From: a bacterium
GTDB taxonomy: Bacteria > Patescibacteriota > Minisyncoccia > Moranbacterales > UBA2206
Length of the DNA: 64,000 nucleotides
NCBI GenBank assembly: GCA_043725085.1
Contig: JAYSLY010000007.1
Coordinates: 1,471-65,470, forward strand
Reading direction: 5' to 3'
Within the stretch, counting starts at the first letter, position 1. Each line of letters opens with the position of its first letter. Shown piece after piece: positions 56,973-64,000 of the stretch. Both the position numbers and the translations under genes were made by a program. The notes under the pieces are model-generated. The model had not been told where the DNA came from, did no database searches, and saw only the letters and a program-made list of their open reading frames with translations.

Positions 56973-57659
56973 TCATTTGAGTTCCATCTTCTCCGTATCG
57001 ATATAGCCTTTAGTGTCGAAGATGGTCGGATTGTAGGCATTAAACAGCAGTTCAATCAGCTCGGGGGTTTTCAGGGGAATGATTTTGACGCCAATGCCGG
57101 AAAGTCCGGCGGTGAGGTGATCGACTCTTTGATAAAGTTGGCTTTTGTATGTTTCAAATGTTTCTCTTTTTTCCAGGATGCTTCTTTTGGGATTCAGCAT
57201 GTTGGAAAGATTGCTCAGAAAACTTCTGTCTTGATTTTCCATGGGAGAAAATGGCACGACTATGTAGAAAGTTTTGTCCATAATGTCAGACATGGAGACC
57301 AATTGGGTGATAAAATTTTTATATTCTGAAATTTGCAAACGCATCAGTTCAGTTTTTTGTTGTTTTTCTTTGGTAGTTAGAAAATCAATATAGGTGTCGA
57401 TGTTCAATTTCCGTGAGCTAATAAGAACTTGCATCGGAAAGTCAACTGAGTTGAGGAAATTTTGATATTGGCTGATGATAGCTTCTTGTTCATCGGTGGC
57501 CTTGAGTTCAAAATTGATCGCGGAAACAGCTAAAACTGCCCTCATCGAGCCGTTTTTAAGCACAATCACATCTTCTTTGACTTCTGCCACATCAAGATAT
57601 TGCTGGGTCGGCGAAGCGGCGGATTGTTTGGCGAGCTTTTGAGAATATAGTTTTTCCAT
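56973..57659 (-). CDS. VirB4 N-terminal domain (CagE/TrbE/VirB family) encoded as a separate ORF
   Basis: QYLDVAEVKEDVIVLKNGSMRAVLAVSAINFELKATDEQEAIISQYQNFLNSV aligns with the canonical VirB4 N-terminus (IVLLEDGSIMSIARIDGVAFELEEIEMRNARCRAFNTLMRNI). Confidence 0.6.
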   Translation of the reverse strand: MEKLYSQKLAKQSAASPTQQYLDVAEVKEDVIVLKNGSMRAVLAVSAINFELKATDEQEAIISQYQNFLNSVDFPMQVLISSRKLNIDTYIDFLTTKEKQQKTELMRLQISEYKNFITQLVSMSDIMDKTFYIVVPFSPMENQDRSFLSNLSNMLNPKRSILEKRETFETYKSQLYQRVDHLTAGLSGIGVKIIPLKTPELIELLFNAYNPTIFDTKGYIDTEKMELK

Positions 57660-57665
57660 TGATTT

Positions 57666-58067
57666 TTATTTTTTCCTTATGTCTAATAATTGCGAAATAT
57701 CAGCGACTTTTTGAGCGTCAAATTTCTTTTTTGTAACGACTGAAGCCGCATTTTCTTTTTTGTCGATGGTGGTTTTTTGAATTTTTTCCGTGACGCGGCG
57801 CCAGATATACATTTTTGGACGAGTAGCAAAAAGGACTGAGGAAAGAATGAATTTAATCAGCGGTTGGTTGTAGGGGCGATAAAAGGCCAATGCTCCAAAA
57901 ATGACGGCGATGATAATGGCGGAAAGAATGAAAGCGGATTGGTCGAGTGTTCCATAGCAAATCAAAAGCACAACTCCTCCGGCGGCTAACCAGCCAAGTT
58001 GTCTGGCGGTCAGCGGACCGACGATTTTGTCTTCAATATCGATAAATTGGGGGACGTTGAAAATCAT
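57666..58067 (-). CDS. PrgI-family (VirB3-like) small membrane protein
   Basis: NVPQFIDIEDKIVGPLTARQLGWLAAGGVV followed by two TM helices. Confidence 0.55.
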   Translation of the reverse strand: MIFNVPQFIDIEDKIVGPLTARQLGWLAAGGVVLLICYGTLDQSAFILSAIIIAVIFGALAFYRPYNQPLIKFILSSVLFATRPKMYIWRRVTEKIQKTTIDKKENAASVVTKKKFDAQKVADISQLLDIRKK

Positions 58068-58069
58068 GA

Positions 58070-58128
58070 ATTTGAAATTTAAAATTAGAAATTTGAAATG
58101 AAATTTTAATTTCTAAATTTAAAACTGT
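58070..58128. repeat. AT-rich palindromic repeat (copy D)
   Basis: gaatttgaaatttaaaattagaaatttgaaatgaaattttaatttctaaatttaaaa. Confidence 0.45.
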
Positions 58129-58130
58129 GT

Positions 58131-58505
58131 CTATTGGGTTTCTTTGTTTTCTTTCAGTGTCAGGGCTATTTTTGAAAATATCAATGTTAGTTCTTGTGCT
58201 TCTTTCCAGAGTTTTCTGCCTTCTTCTTTGTGTTCAGGATTGGATTTTGCAAGGAGTTCTAGCCAATATTTTGTTTCTTTGCACTCCTTTTTGCAGATAT
58301 AGATCTTATTGTGGAAATCCTTTTTTGAGCTTGCTCCGTTAGCTTCGCAGTAATTCGCGCCTATGCTGGTCGCAGAACGAACCAGTTGGCTCATCAGTGG
58401 AGTGTTTGTGATGTCTCTGCTTAATTTTTTAATAAAAACAATTACCTCTTCACTAAACTTCAGAGTTCTGGACTCTAAATCATACTTTTCCGAATTTTTT
58501 GTCAT
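58131..58505 (-). CDS. four-helix-bundle protein (TIGR02436-type, formerly '23S rRNA intervening-sequence protein')
   Basis: SATSIGANYCEANGASSKKDFHNKIYICKKECKETKYWLELL. Confidence 0.6.
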   Translation of the reverse strand: MTKNSEKYDLESRTLKFSEEVIVFIKKLSRDITNTPLMSQLVRSATSIGANYCEANGASSKKDFHNKIYICKKECKETKYWLELLAKSNPEHKEEGRKLWKEAQELTLIFSKIALTLKENKETQ

Positions 58506-58507
58506 TT

Positions 58508-58545
58508 AATAATTTAAATTTTGATATTGATTTAAAATTTCAAAT
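58508..58545. repeat. AT-rich palindromic repeat (copy E)
   Basis: aatttaaattttgatattgatttaaaatttcaaatttaaaatt. Confidence 0.4.
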
Positions 58546-59718
58546 TTAAAATTGGTCATTGTTCTTTAAGTCTACCACATTTTTTGGCATTGGTCTTGGG
58601 GTGGAATAATTAATTCTGGCAATTGGCGTGGGAGCGGGATAATTTTTTTGAAGCGGCTTTGGAATTTCCGGTGATTTTTCCGTGGAGAATGTTTGGGGTG
58701 ATGAAAATTTAATATTCTCTGCCGTGTTTCCATTTCTCAAGGCTTCTTTTTGGGGCAAATCTCTTCTCCAGGCGGCAATTCTTTCCTCGTCAGTTTGAAA
58801 TCTTTGCTGGCCTCCCGAAATGGTTTGTCTTGTTGGGTAGTTTCCTTGGCCTCTTTGGATTTCTGCCGGCTCGAAATTATTGCGAGTGGCACCTGGATTC
58901 ATTGTTGGTCTTTGCGGAATTTCTCTTTTTTCCGGTGCGGCAAAAACAACTTGCTTGGTGTTACCGTTGATTGAGATTGGTGTTTTTTCTTCAAATGATT
59001 TGAGAATGGCAGTTAGTTTTTCGCGGTCTTGACTGGAAAGCGGTCGGCCATTTTCACTTTTGAAAAGATAGTTTCCGCGTACAATCGGATCATGATTGCT
59101 GATGCCAACGGTGAAAGTGTAGTCAGAAAGCCAGTTTTTGATTGACGGACGCACCGGTTCGGGGAAAACCTTGAGTTTGATGTGATTTGAAGTGATGAGC
59201 TGCTCGCCTAGTTCAGGATATTTTTCTAAGGCAAGTTCGATTGGCATATTTTCCAATTGAGATTGCTGTTTTCTTATTATTTCATCTTCTGCTCTTTTTT
59301 CTTTTATTTTCTCTCTTTCTTCTTCTAAAATCCATGGCTCTAGCTCTAAAACTTTTTTCCAGGCCTCGCTTTCGGAAATCAGTGGGTTGGATTTCTTGTT
59401 GGACCATTCTTCCAGTAAGCTTAGTGAATCTTTGAAAAAATCAGGAAAACGGGCAAAAATTCGTTGGTTTATTTCATAGGCAATGCCAAAAATAACCTGT
59501 TCTGGTTGTTTTAGATCCTTGGCGATTATCGCAGGGTAATCCTTTAGTTTTAATTCGCCGATAAAAATGAGTGCGATTGGGTAGGATAATGTTTTTATTA
59601 CTTCTTCGCTTAATCCATAGATAAAACAGGTCTTTTCAATTTCATATCGTGGCGCATCAGATATAATAAATTCTCTCAGTGTATTTGGTAATTTATTTCT
59701 TTTTTCTAAATAGCTCAT
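58546..59718 (-). CDS. hypothetical protein with a Pro/Gln-rich C-terminal tail (390 aa)
   Basis: Long ORF with no recognised domain. Embedded in the T4SS-like cluster. Confidence 0.45.
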   Translation of the reverse strand: MSYLEKRNKLPNTLREFIISDAPRYEIEKTCFIYGLSEEVIKTLSYPIALIFIGELKLKDYPAIIAKDLKQPEQVIFGIAYEINQRIFARFPDFFKDSLSLLEEWSNKKSNPLISESEAWKKVLELEPWILEEEREKIKEKRAEDEIIRKQQSQLENMPIELALEKYPELGEQLITSNHIKLKVFPEPVRPSIKNWLSDYTFTVGISNHDPIVRGNYLFKSENGRPLSSQDREKLTAILKSFEEKTPISINGNTKQVVFAAPEKREIPQRPTMNPGATRNNFEPAEIQRGQGNYPTRQTISGGQQRFQTDEERIAAWRRDLPQKEALRNGNTAENIKFSSPQTFSTEKSPEIPKPLQKNYPAPTPIARINYSTPRPMPKNVVDLKNNDQF

Positions 59719-59732
59719 AACAAAGGGTGCTT

Positions 59733-61658
59733 TTAATTGTGAATATGCATTAGATCATGGTCTCTGCCTGCTAGGCGAGAAATATTTTGTGCTGTTGGAC
59801 TATTTTGTTGCGTGTTTTGCATTTGATGATTTAACTCTCTTTGTGCGGCTTCATCATCCATGTTTAAGACAATATTTTTGTATCTGTTCGTTCTTATGTT
59901 ATTGGCAATATCATCAGCGTAGTTTGTTATTGTGTTTGTGCTCATTCTTTTTGCCGTATCCTTGTCTAAGCGACTTATTATTTGTGTTCTCGAATCTTGG
60001 TCACCAGTTATTGATCCGTGGAATCCGCCAATTTGGGCAAAATGGGCCATTTGGACATTTCTATTTATTCTAAGTTGTTCAGGAGAGAGATTTGGATCAG
60101 CTGCATTAAGATTGGCAAAATTTCCAGCAATAGCTGCTAGAGAGGCGTCAATATTGTTTCCATGTGCAACGCTTTTGCCTCTAAGATCTTCAAGATCTTT
60201 GTTTGAAATAGCTTGTTCTTGAAAGGCCATTTGCATAAAATTTGTGTTTCCTAGTGTGTTGGCACTGAGTTTTTTTGCGTCGAATTGGTTACTCCTCATA
60301 TGACTTTGCATCATTTCTTGCCAGCGCGCAGGGTCTGTTATGTGAGAAAAAGCCGCAACTGGATCGTAGGTCTTGACTTTATTGACTAATTGCATAAACA
60401 CCTGGCTAGTTTCTCCAAAAGCAGCTCTAACGTTATTTAAATCATTTTGTGTGGTCGCTCCAAGCTCAGCTAAGCGCTGAATGGCAGCTGCTCTTTCGTA
60501 TTGCGTTCCATTTGCTGCGATTCTTCTTAAATCAGCCTCAGAAGTATTATCAATATTAAGTCTTTCTTTTGTCTCCTTGATTCTTTTTAGTTGAGTCTGG
60601 TCAATGACATTTGGCACTGCGAATGGACCACTTCCGGCAATACGAGCTTCTCTTTCAGCTTGTCTGTCTGATCCAAGCAGTCCACTTTTTTTCCAATTAG
60701 TCCATTTTTGCTGGATTCCTCCTGGTACGCCAGTTTTTTTAGCGGCCCACCAAGCAGTCCTATGCGGTGCATTTCCAACCCACTTCATCATCTTTGTTCC
60801 CTGCCCCACTACCATACTGGCTCCGGCGATGCCGGAGCTTTGGGCTCTTTCGATGCCGATCCAAAGGATAACCAGCGGGAGAACAAAAAAAGAAATGGAT
60901 GAAACTGAGCTGCTCAAGGTGCCTCCATCGGCGGATAGTTTCAGGCCACCGGCGGAATCGGCTACGGCTATCATCATGCGATTAGCCAAAACCAGCATAA
61001 AAATCATAATCGGTCCGGCAAAACAATATTTCATAAATTCTTTCCACCAGCCACTGGCGGCGTTTGCCAGGTCTGTGCCGGGTAGAGTTGAGCCCAAAAA
61101 AGCAATCGGAGAGAAGATGATGAAAATAGTCAGGGCGATTGTTCTAATCACCAAAAGAACGGCAATTGTGAGCATGGTGATGGCAAACATGAAGGTGAAG
61201 ATAACAGCGGCGAGGAGAAAATAGGAGTCTGCTGTTTTCCCTTCGGCTCCATTGATTATGCCAAGTATGCCACTTTTTTCAACAATATTCCAAAATGAGC
61301 CATCTCCGCCAAGTTGATTGAGAAAGCCATACATGAAAATGTTGGACATGTCGATGATGAAACGGGCAATGGGGTAACTGAAATTGACCAAAAGAGCCAT
61401 AATAATCAGATTGATCAAGACCTTTTTATAGTTATAGTTCGTGCTGGCTTGAAAAATTGTGGCAAAAGCGGAAAACAGCAAAATCATGATAAGAGTTGTG
61501 TTGAAAAAATCACGCACAAAACGCCACATCGTGTAGACGGTCGGGTTGTCCATGACAGCGGTCATGTGTGATGGCACGATAATCCATTTGAAAAGGTTAT
61601 CGGCTGAGTAAAGTAGCGCACCGTCAAGTTTTAGAATAAGTCGAAGTATGTCGTCCAT
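59733..61658 (-). CDS. VirB6/TrbL-like polytopic T4SS membrane protein with a C-terminal soluble domain
   Basis: Six to seven TM helices in the N-terminal 400 aa, then a hydrophilic ~250-aa tail. Confidence 0.5.
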   Translation of the reverse strand: MDDILRLILKLDGALLYSADNLFKWIIVPSHMTAVMDNPTVYTMWRFVRDFFNTTLIMILLFSAFATIFQASTNYNYKKVLINLIIMALLVNFSYPIARFIIDMSNIFMYGFLNQLGGDGSFWNIVEKSGILGIINGAEGKTADSYFLLAAVIFTFMFAITMLTIAVLLVIRTIALTIFIIFSPIAFLGSTLPGTDLANAASGWWKEFMKYCFAGPIMIFMLVLANRMMIAVADSAGGLKLSADGGTLSSSVSSISFFVLPLVILWIGIERAQSSGIAGASMVVGQGTKMMKWVGNAPHRTAWWAAKKTGVPGGIQQKWTNWKKSGLLGSDRQAEREARIAGSGPFAVPNVIDQTQLKRIKETKERLNIDNTSEADLRRIAANGTQYERAAAIQRLAELGATTQNDLNNVRAAFGETSQVFMQLVNKVKTYDPVAAFSHITDPARWQEMMQSHMRSNQFDAKKLSANTLGNTNFMQMAFQEQAISNKDLEDLRGKSVAHGNNIDASLAAIAGNFANLNAADPNLSPEQLRINRNVQMAHFAQIGGFHGSITGDQDSRTQIISRLDKDTAKRMSTNTITNYADDIANNIRTNRYKNIVLNMDDEAAQRELNHQMQNTQQNSPTAQNISRLAGRDHDLMHIHN

Positions 61659-62707
61659 TATTTTTTATACAATGCTCCCGGGCCGTAGGCATTAACCTTT
61701 TTATTGACTTGTTGAACCGCTTTGTCGGTAACCTTGTTTACCTCGCGGTTCACCGCATTTTCCACTCCGGAAACAGTTTTACTTATTGCGCCGGAAATTG
61801 CCTTAGAAACAGTAGCGGCGACTAGCTCTCCAATACTTGTTGCGCTAGACATTGCCAAATTAGGCAAGTTATCAACATTCGCTTGCATTTGTTCAAAAAG
61901 GATGCCCGGTTTTTCCACTATCCCATTGACCTTTTCACTAATAAAGCCCGAATTGGAAGTAGCTTCTGTGGTGGCAACAGTTTGTTCTTGCTTTAGATTA
62001 TCTTGGTATATTTGGTCAACTTTCTCTTTAACAGCGGTTGGCTCTCCGTTGTCTATGTAGTCCGCGTAATTATTTATCATGGCAACAGTCGGACTGGTTA
62101 GTCCTTCGGGGAGTGTGAACAGTTCGCCTGGATCACCAGCGTAGGCTTGCCATTCCGGCGGATCGATGACTTTGATTTGGAGCATGTCACTGAGTCTTTG
62201 TTGGTAGCTTGATTCATCGGCATAAAGATCGGTTGCGTCTCCCAAAACCGCTTCTTTGCCAAAACCTTCTCCGGCAACCGTGCTGGCGCCCAAAACTGAA
62301 TTGGAGGCTTTTTTGTAGCTCGCACTGCCACGCCCGGACATTGCTCGACTGATGTAGTCATTGGCATAGCGTTGAGCATTTCTGGTTGGGTTGTCAATCA
62401 GATAGTCTTGCCAGTTAGTGATGAATCTGGCGCCATTTGAGGTTGTGCCGGAAATAAACCTGTCCATTTGTTTGGAAAGCATTTTGATGGCCGCTTGTTT
62501 CAAGGAACCCATAATCATGCCTTTAATTTGAGCGGAAATTTCTTCCATGCCTTGCTTCATTACTGCCGCCATCGGCTCTAGCCAGGCGTTTGCCGGTTTT
62601 GTGAAAATTGGAAAGCAGGAAAAAGATAGTGCAAAAAGTAGGACAAAAAAAATTTTTTTGCAAAAAGAAAATTTTTGTTTTTTTGGATTTTCTGGCATGG
62701 GTTTCAT
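61658..62707 (-). CDS. secreted hypothetical protein (signal peptide; possible T4SS periplasmic/surface component)
   Basis: N-terminal hydrophobic leader. Ala/Ser/Thr-rich. Confidence 0.4.
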   Translation of the reverse strand: MKPMPENPKKQKFSFCKKIFFVLLFALSFSCFPIFTKPANAWLEPMAAVMKQGMEEISAQIKGMIMGSLKQAAIKMLSKQMDRFISGTTSNGARFITNWQDYLIDNPTRNAQRYANDYISRAMSGRGSASYKKASNSVLGASTVAGEGFGKEAVLGDATDLYADESSYQQRLSDMLQIKVIDPPEWQAYAGDPGELFTLPEGLTSPTVAMINNYADYIDNGEPTAVKEKVDQIYQDNLKQEQTVATTEATSNSGFISEKVNGIVEKPGILFEQMQANVDNLPNLAMSSATSIGELVAATVSKAISGAISKTVSGVENAVNREVNKVTDKAVQQVNKKVNAYGPGALYKK

Positions 62708-62715
62708 GTTTTTTG

Positions 62716-62796
62716 TAGAGGCGAGGCATTGCCTCGACTAGAAAATAATGAACAAGGTGTAAACCAACGATACCTAGACGAGGCACTGCCTCGTCT
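62716..62796. promoter_or_regulatory. two near-identical GC-rich palindromes (CGAGGCAyTGCCTCG cores) about 52 bp apart in the intergenic region
   Basis: gtagaggcgaggcattgcctcgactag (62715-62741) and tagacgaggcactgcctcgtcta (62775-62797). Confidence 0.5.
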
Positions 62797-63900
62797 CTAC
62801 GGATTTGTTGTCGTGTCAGTTGTTGCGCTTGTTGTGGTAGTAGCGGCATTTAGCAAAGAGTTCAATTCATCTGAACTTTTTGGCGCGTCAATGCCGAAAC
62901 CCTCCAGTTTTTTCTGGACCGTTGCATCGTAGGTTAGGCCATATTCGGAAATTTTACTTTCAGCTTCAATGGAAAAATCAGAAAGAGCGGTGATAAATCC
63001 TTGTATTTTTGAAAGATTGGCGATTGAGCCCATCGGATCTTCTGGGTTAGATTGCAAAAGATTGCCCAAGTTTTCGGAATACATGGAAAAACGCAGAGCT
63101 TTAATGTGGATGGAAACCAGATCCTGGGGCACTTCAACCGCACGCAACTGCTCGACCACTTTCTTTTGACCGGTCATCAGGTCTTGCAAACCGGAAGCGC
63201 TCTGTGTTGTTATGGCGGTGGTGATTGTGCTTGTGAGCGTGGAAAACAGCTTGGTCGCGTCGGGGATTTTTGTGATTGGTTGGGGAGAATTGCTGGTGAG
63301 GATGTAGGCCATGGCGGAGAGATAGTCGAGGCAATCTTCTTTTTTCTTAGCCTTAGCTTTGTCGGCACTGAGATTTCCGTAATTTTGTTTTTTTATCTTG
63401 ATATCTTTTTCATTAACCTCAGGAAGATCATTGTCAGAAATGGTGCTCGGGGTCATTGTCTGATCAACTAATGTTTGCACGTCATCAAGAGAGACTTGCT
63501 TGTTGTCCGTAGTTGATTTTACGGCGAGGTCATTTATTTTTTGAGCAATATCGGTGGTGAGATTTTTTTGTGAAGCGTCGCCGAGCACTGCGCTATTTGG
63601 ATCGCTTGTCGTTCTTGTTCCGGTAAATCCCGGCAACTTGTCTCCCGGCGCTTTTTTCAAGGGGTCATAGCCACTCCTCACTTCGGCTCCATCGGAATAG
63701 CCATCGCCGTCTGTGTCAGGATTGTGCGGATCCGTACCATAAATTTTTTCTTCTTCATCGGAAAGGCCGTCTTGGTCGCTGTCCAAAAAAATGCTCTTAG
63801 TTCCAGCGGAAGTATTTTCGGCGCGCACATAAAAAGCGAAACTCAAAACAAGTAAGCTCGCGAGAACGAAAAAAGAGAGGCTAATATTTTTTATTTTCAT
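62797..63900 (-). CDS. secreted protein with thrombospondin-type-3-like Ca-binding repeats
   Basis: Signal peptide. DSDQDGLSDEEE, DPHNPDTDGDGYSDGAEV. Confidence 0.45.
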   Translation of the reverse strand: MKIKNISLSFFVLASLLVLSFAFYVRAENTSAGTKSIFLDSDQDGLSDEEEKIYGTDPHNPDTDGDGYSDGAEVRSGYDPLKKAPGDKLPGFTGTRTTSDPNSAVLGDASQKNLTTDIAQKINDLAVKSTTDNKQVSLDDVQTLVDQTMTPSTISDNDLPEVNEKDIKIKKQNYGNLSADKAKAKKKEDCLDYLSAMAYILTSNSPQPITKIPDATKLFSTLTSTITTAITTQSASGLQDLMTGQKKVVEQLRAVEVPQDLVSIHIKALRFSMYSENLGNLLQSNPEDPMGSIANLSKIQGFITALSDFSIEAESKISEYGLTYDATVQKKLEGFGIDAPKSSDELNSLLNAATTTTSATTDTTTNP

Positions 63901-64000
63901 ACAATAAAATTATACCATAATAACTATCAATCTGTGAAGGACTTGCGACTTTATTTTTTTTGTTTGGTTTGGTATGCTTAGGCTATGAAGAAAATGACAA

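Noticed and set aside
1-64000. CRISPR arrays, tRNA/rRNA genes, transposases or integrases
   Set aside because: No regularly spaced direct repeats, no tRNA-like T-arm/acceptor motifs and no recognisable transposase or integrase ORFs were found. The only mobile signatures are the repeat-flanked TA cassettes.

Overview
This 64-kb window is low-GC (roughly 38-40 % by eye) bacterial chromosome. Its gene inventory suggests a Patescibacteria/CPR-like lineage, though that placement is inference. Coding density is high and the middle of the window is mostly plus-strand housekeeping genes.

Left to right:
- 1-10.6 kb: an accessory toxin-antitoxin/defence islet wrapped around polA. It holds two AbiEi/AbiEii pairs (one cut by the window edge), an MNT/HepT pair, an ORF6N protein and two TrmB-like regulators.
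- A housekeeping block: mutM, a DUF3048 lipoprotein, holA, rpsT, tsaE, a contiguous MEP-pathway block ispD-ispF-ispE-ispG, a DHH-family protein, a 1006-aa tandem-duplicated PilB/GspE ATPase, ruvB, a large lamin-tail-domain/PKD secreted protein, yebC-ruvC, and a four-gene 7TM + triple ATP-grasp cluster.
- A class A PBP and the replication-origin neighbourhood: DUF721, dnaN and dnaA on the minus strand, three perfect DnaA boxes between them, then rpmH-rnpA-yidC-jag diverging.
- A cell-envelope glycan cluster: a flippase, two GT2 glycosyltransferases and two Wzy-like ligases.
- A 16.6-kb minus-strand block (47.2-63.9 kb) of secreted and membrane proteins built around a Gram-positive/CPR-type type IV secretion-like apparatus. 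It includes a PrgI/VirB3-like protein, VirB4 split into two ORFs, a VirB6/TrbL-like protein, two pilin-topology proteins fused to cell-wall hydrolase domains, and a ~958-aa surface protein.

No rRNA, tRNA, CRISPR array or transposase was recognised. The items most worth follow-up are:
1. the 7TM/ATP-grasp(x3)/retropepsin-like fusion cluster;
2. the T4SS-like block, with its split VirB4, AT-rich palindromic intergenic repeats and pilin-hydrolase fusions;
3. toxin-antitoxin cassettes with insertion scars: 19-bp inverted repeats around MNT/HepT with a nonsense-disrupted HepT, and 49-bp direct repeats around an inverted-order AbiE pair;
4. an identical 32-nt leader motif in front of two unrelated small genes;
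5. an operon of small cysteine-rich proteins.
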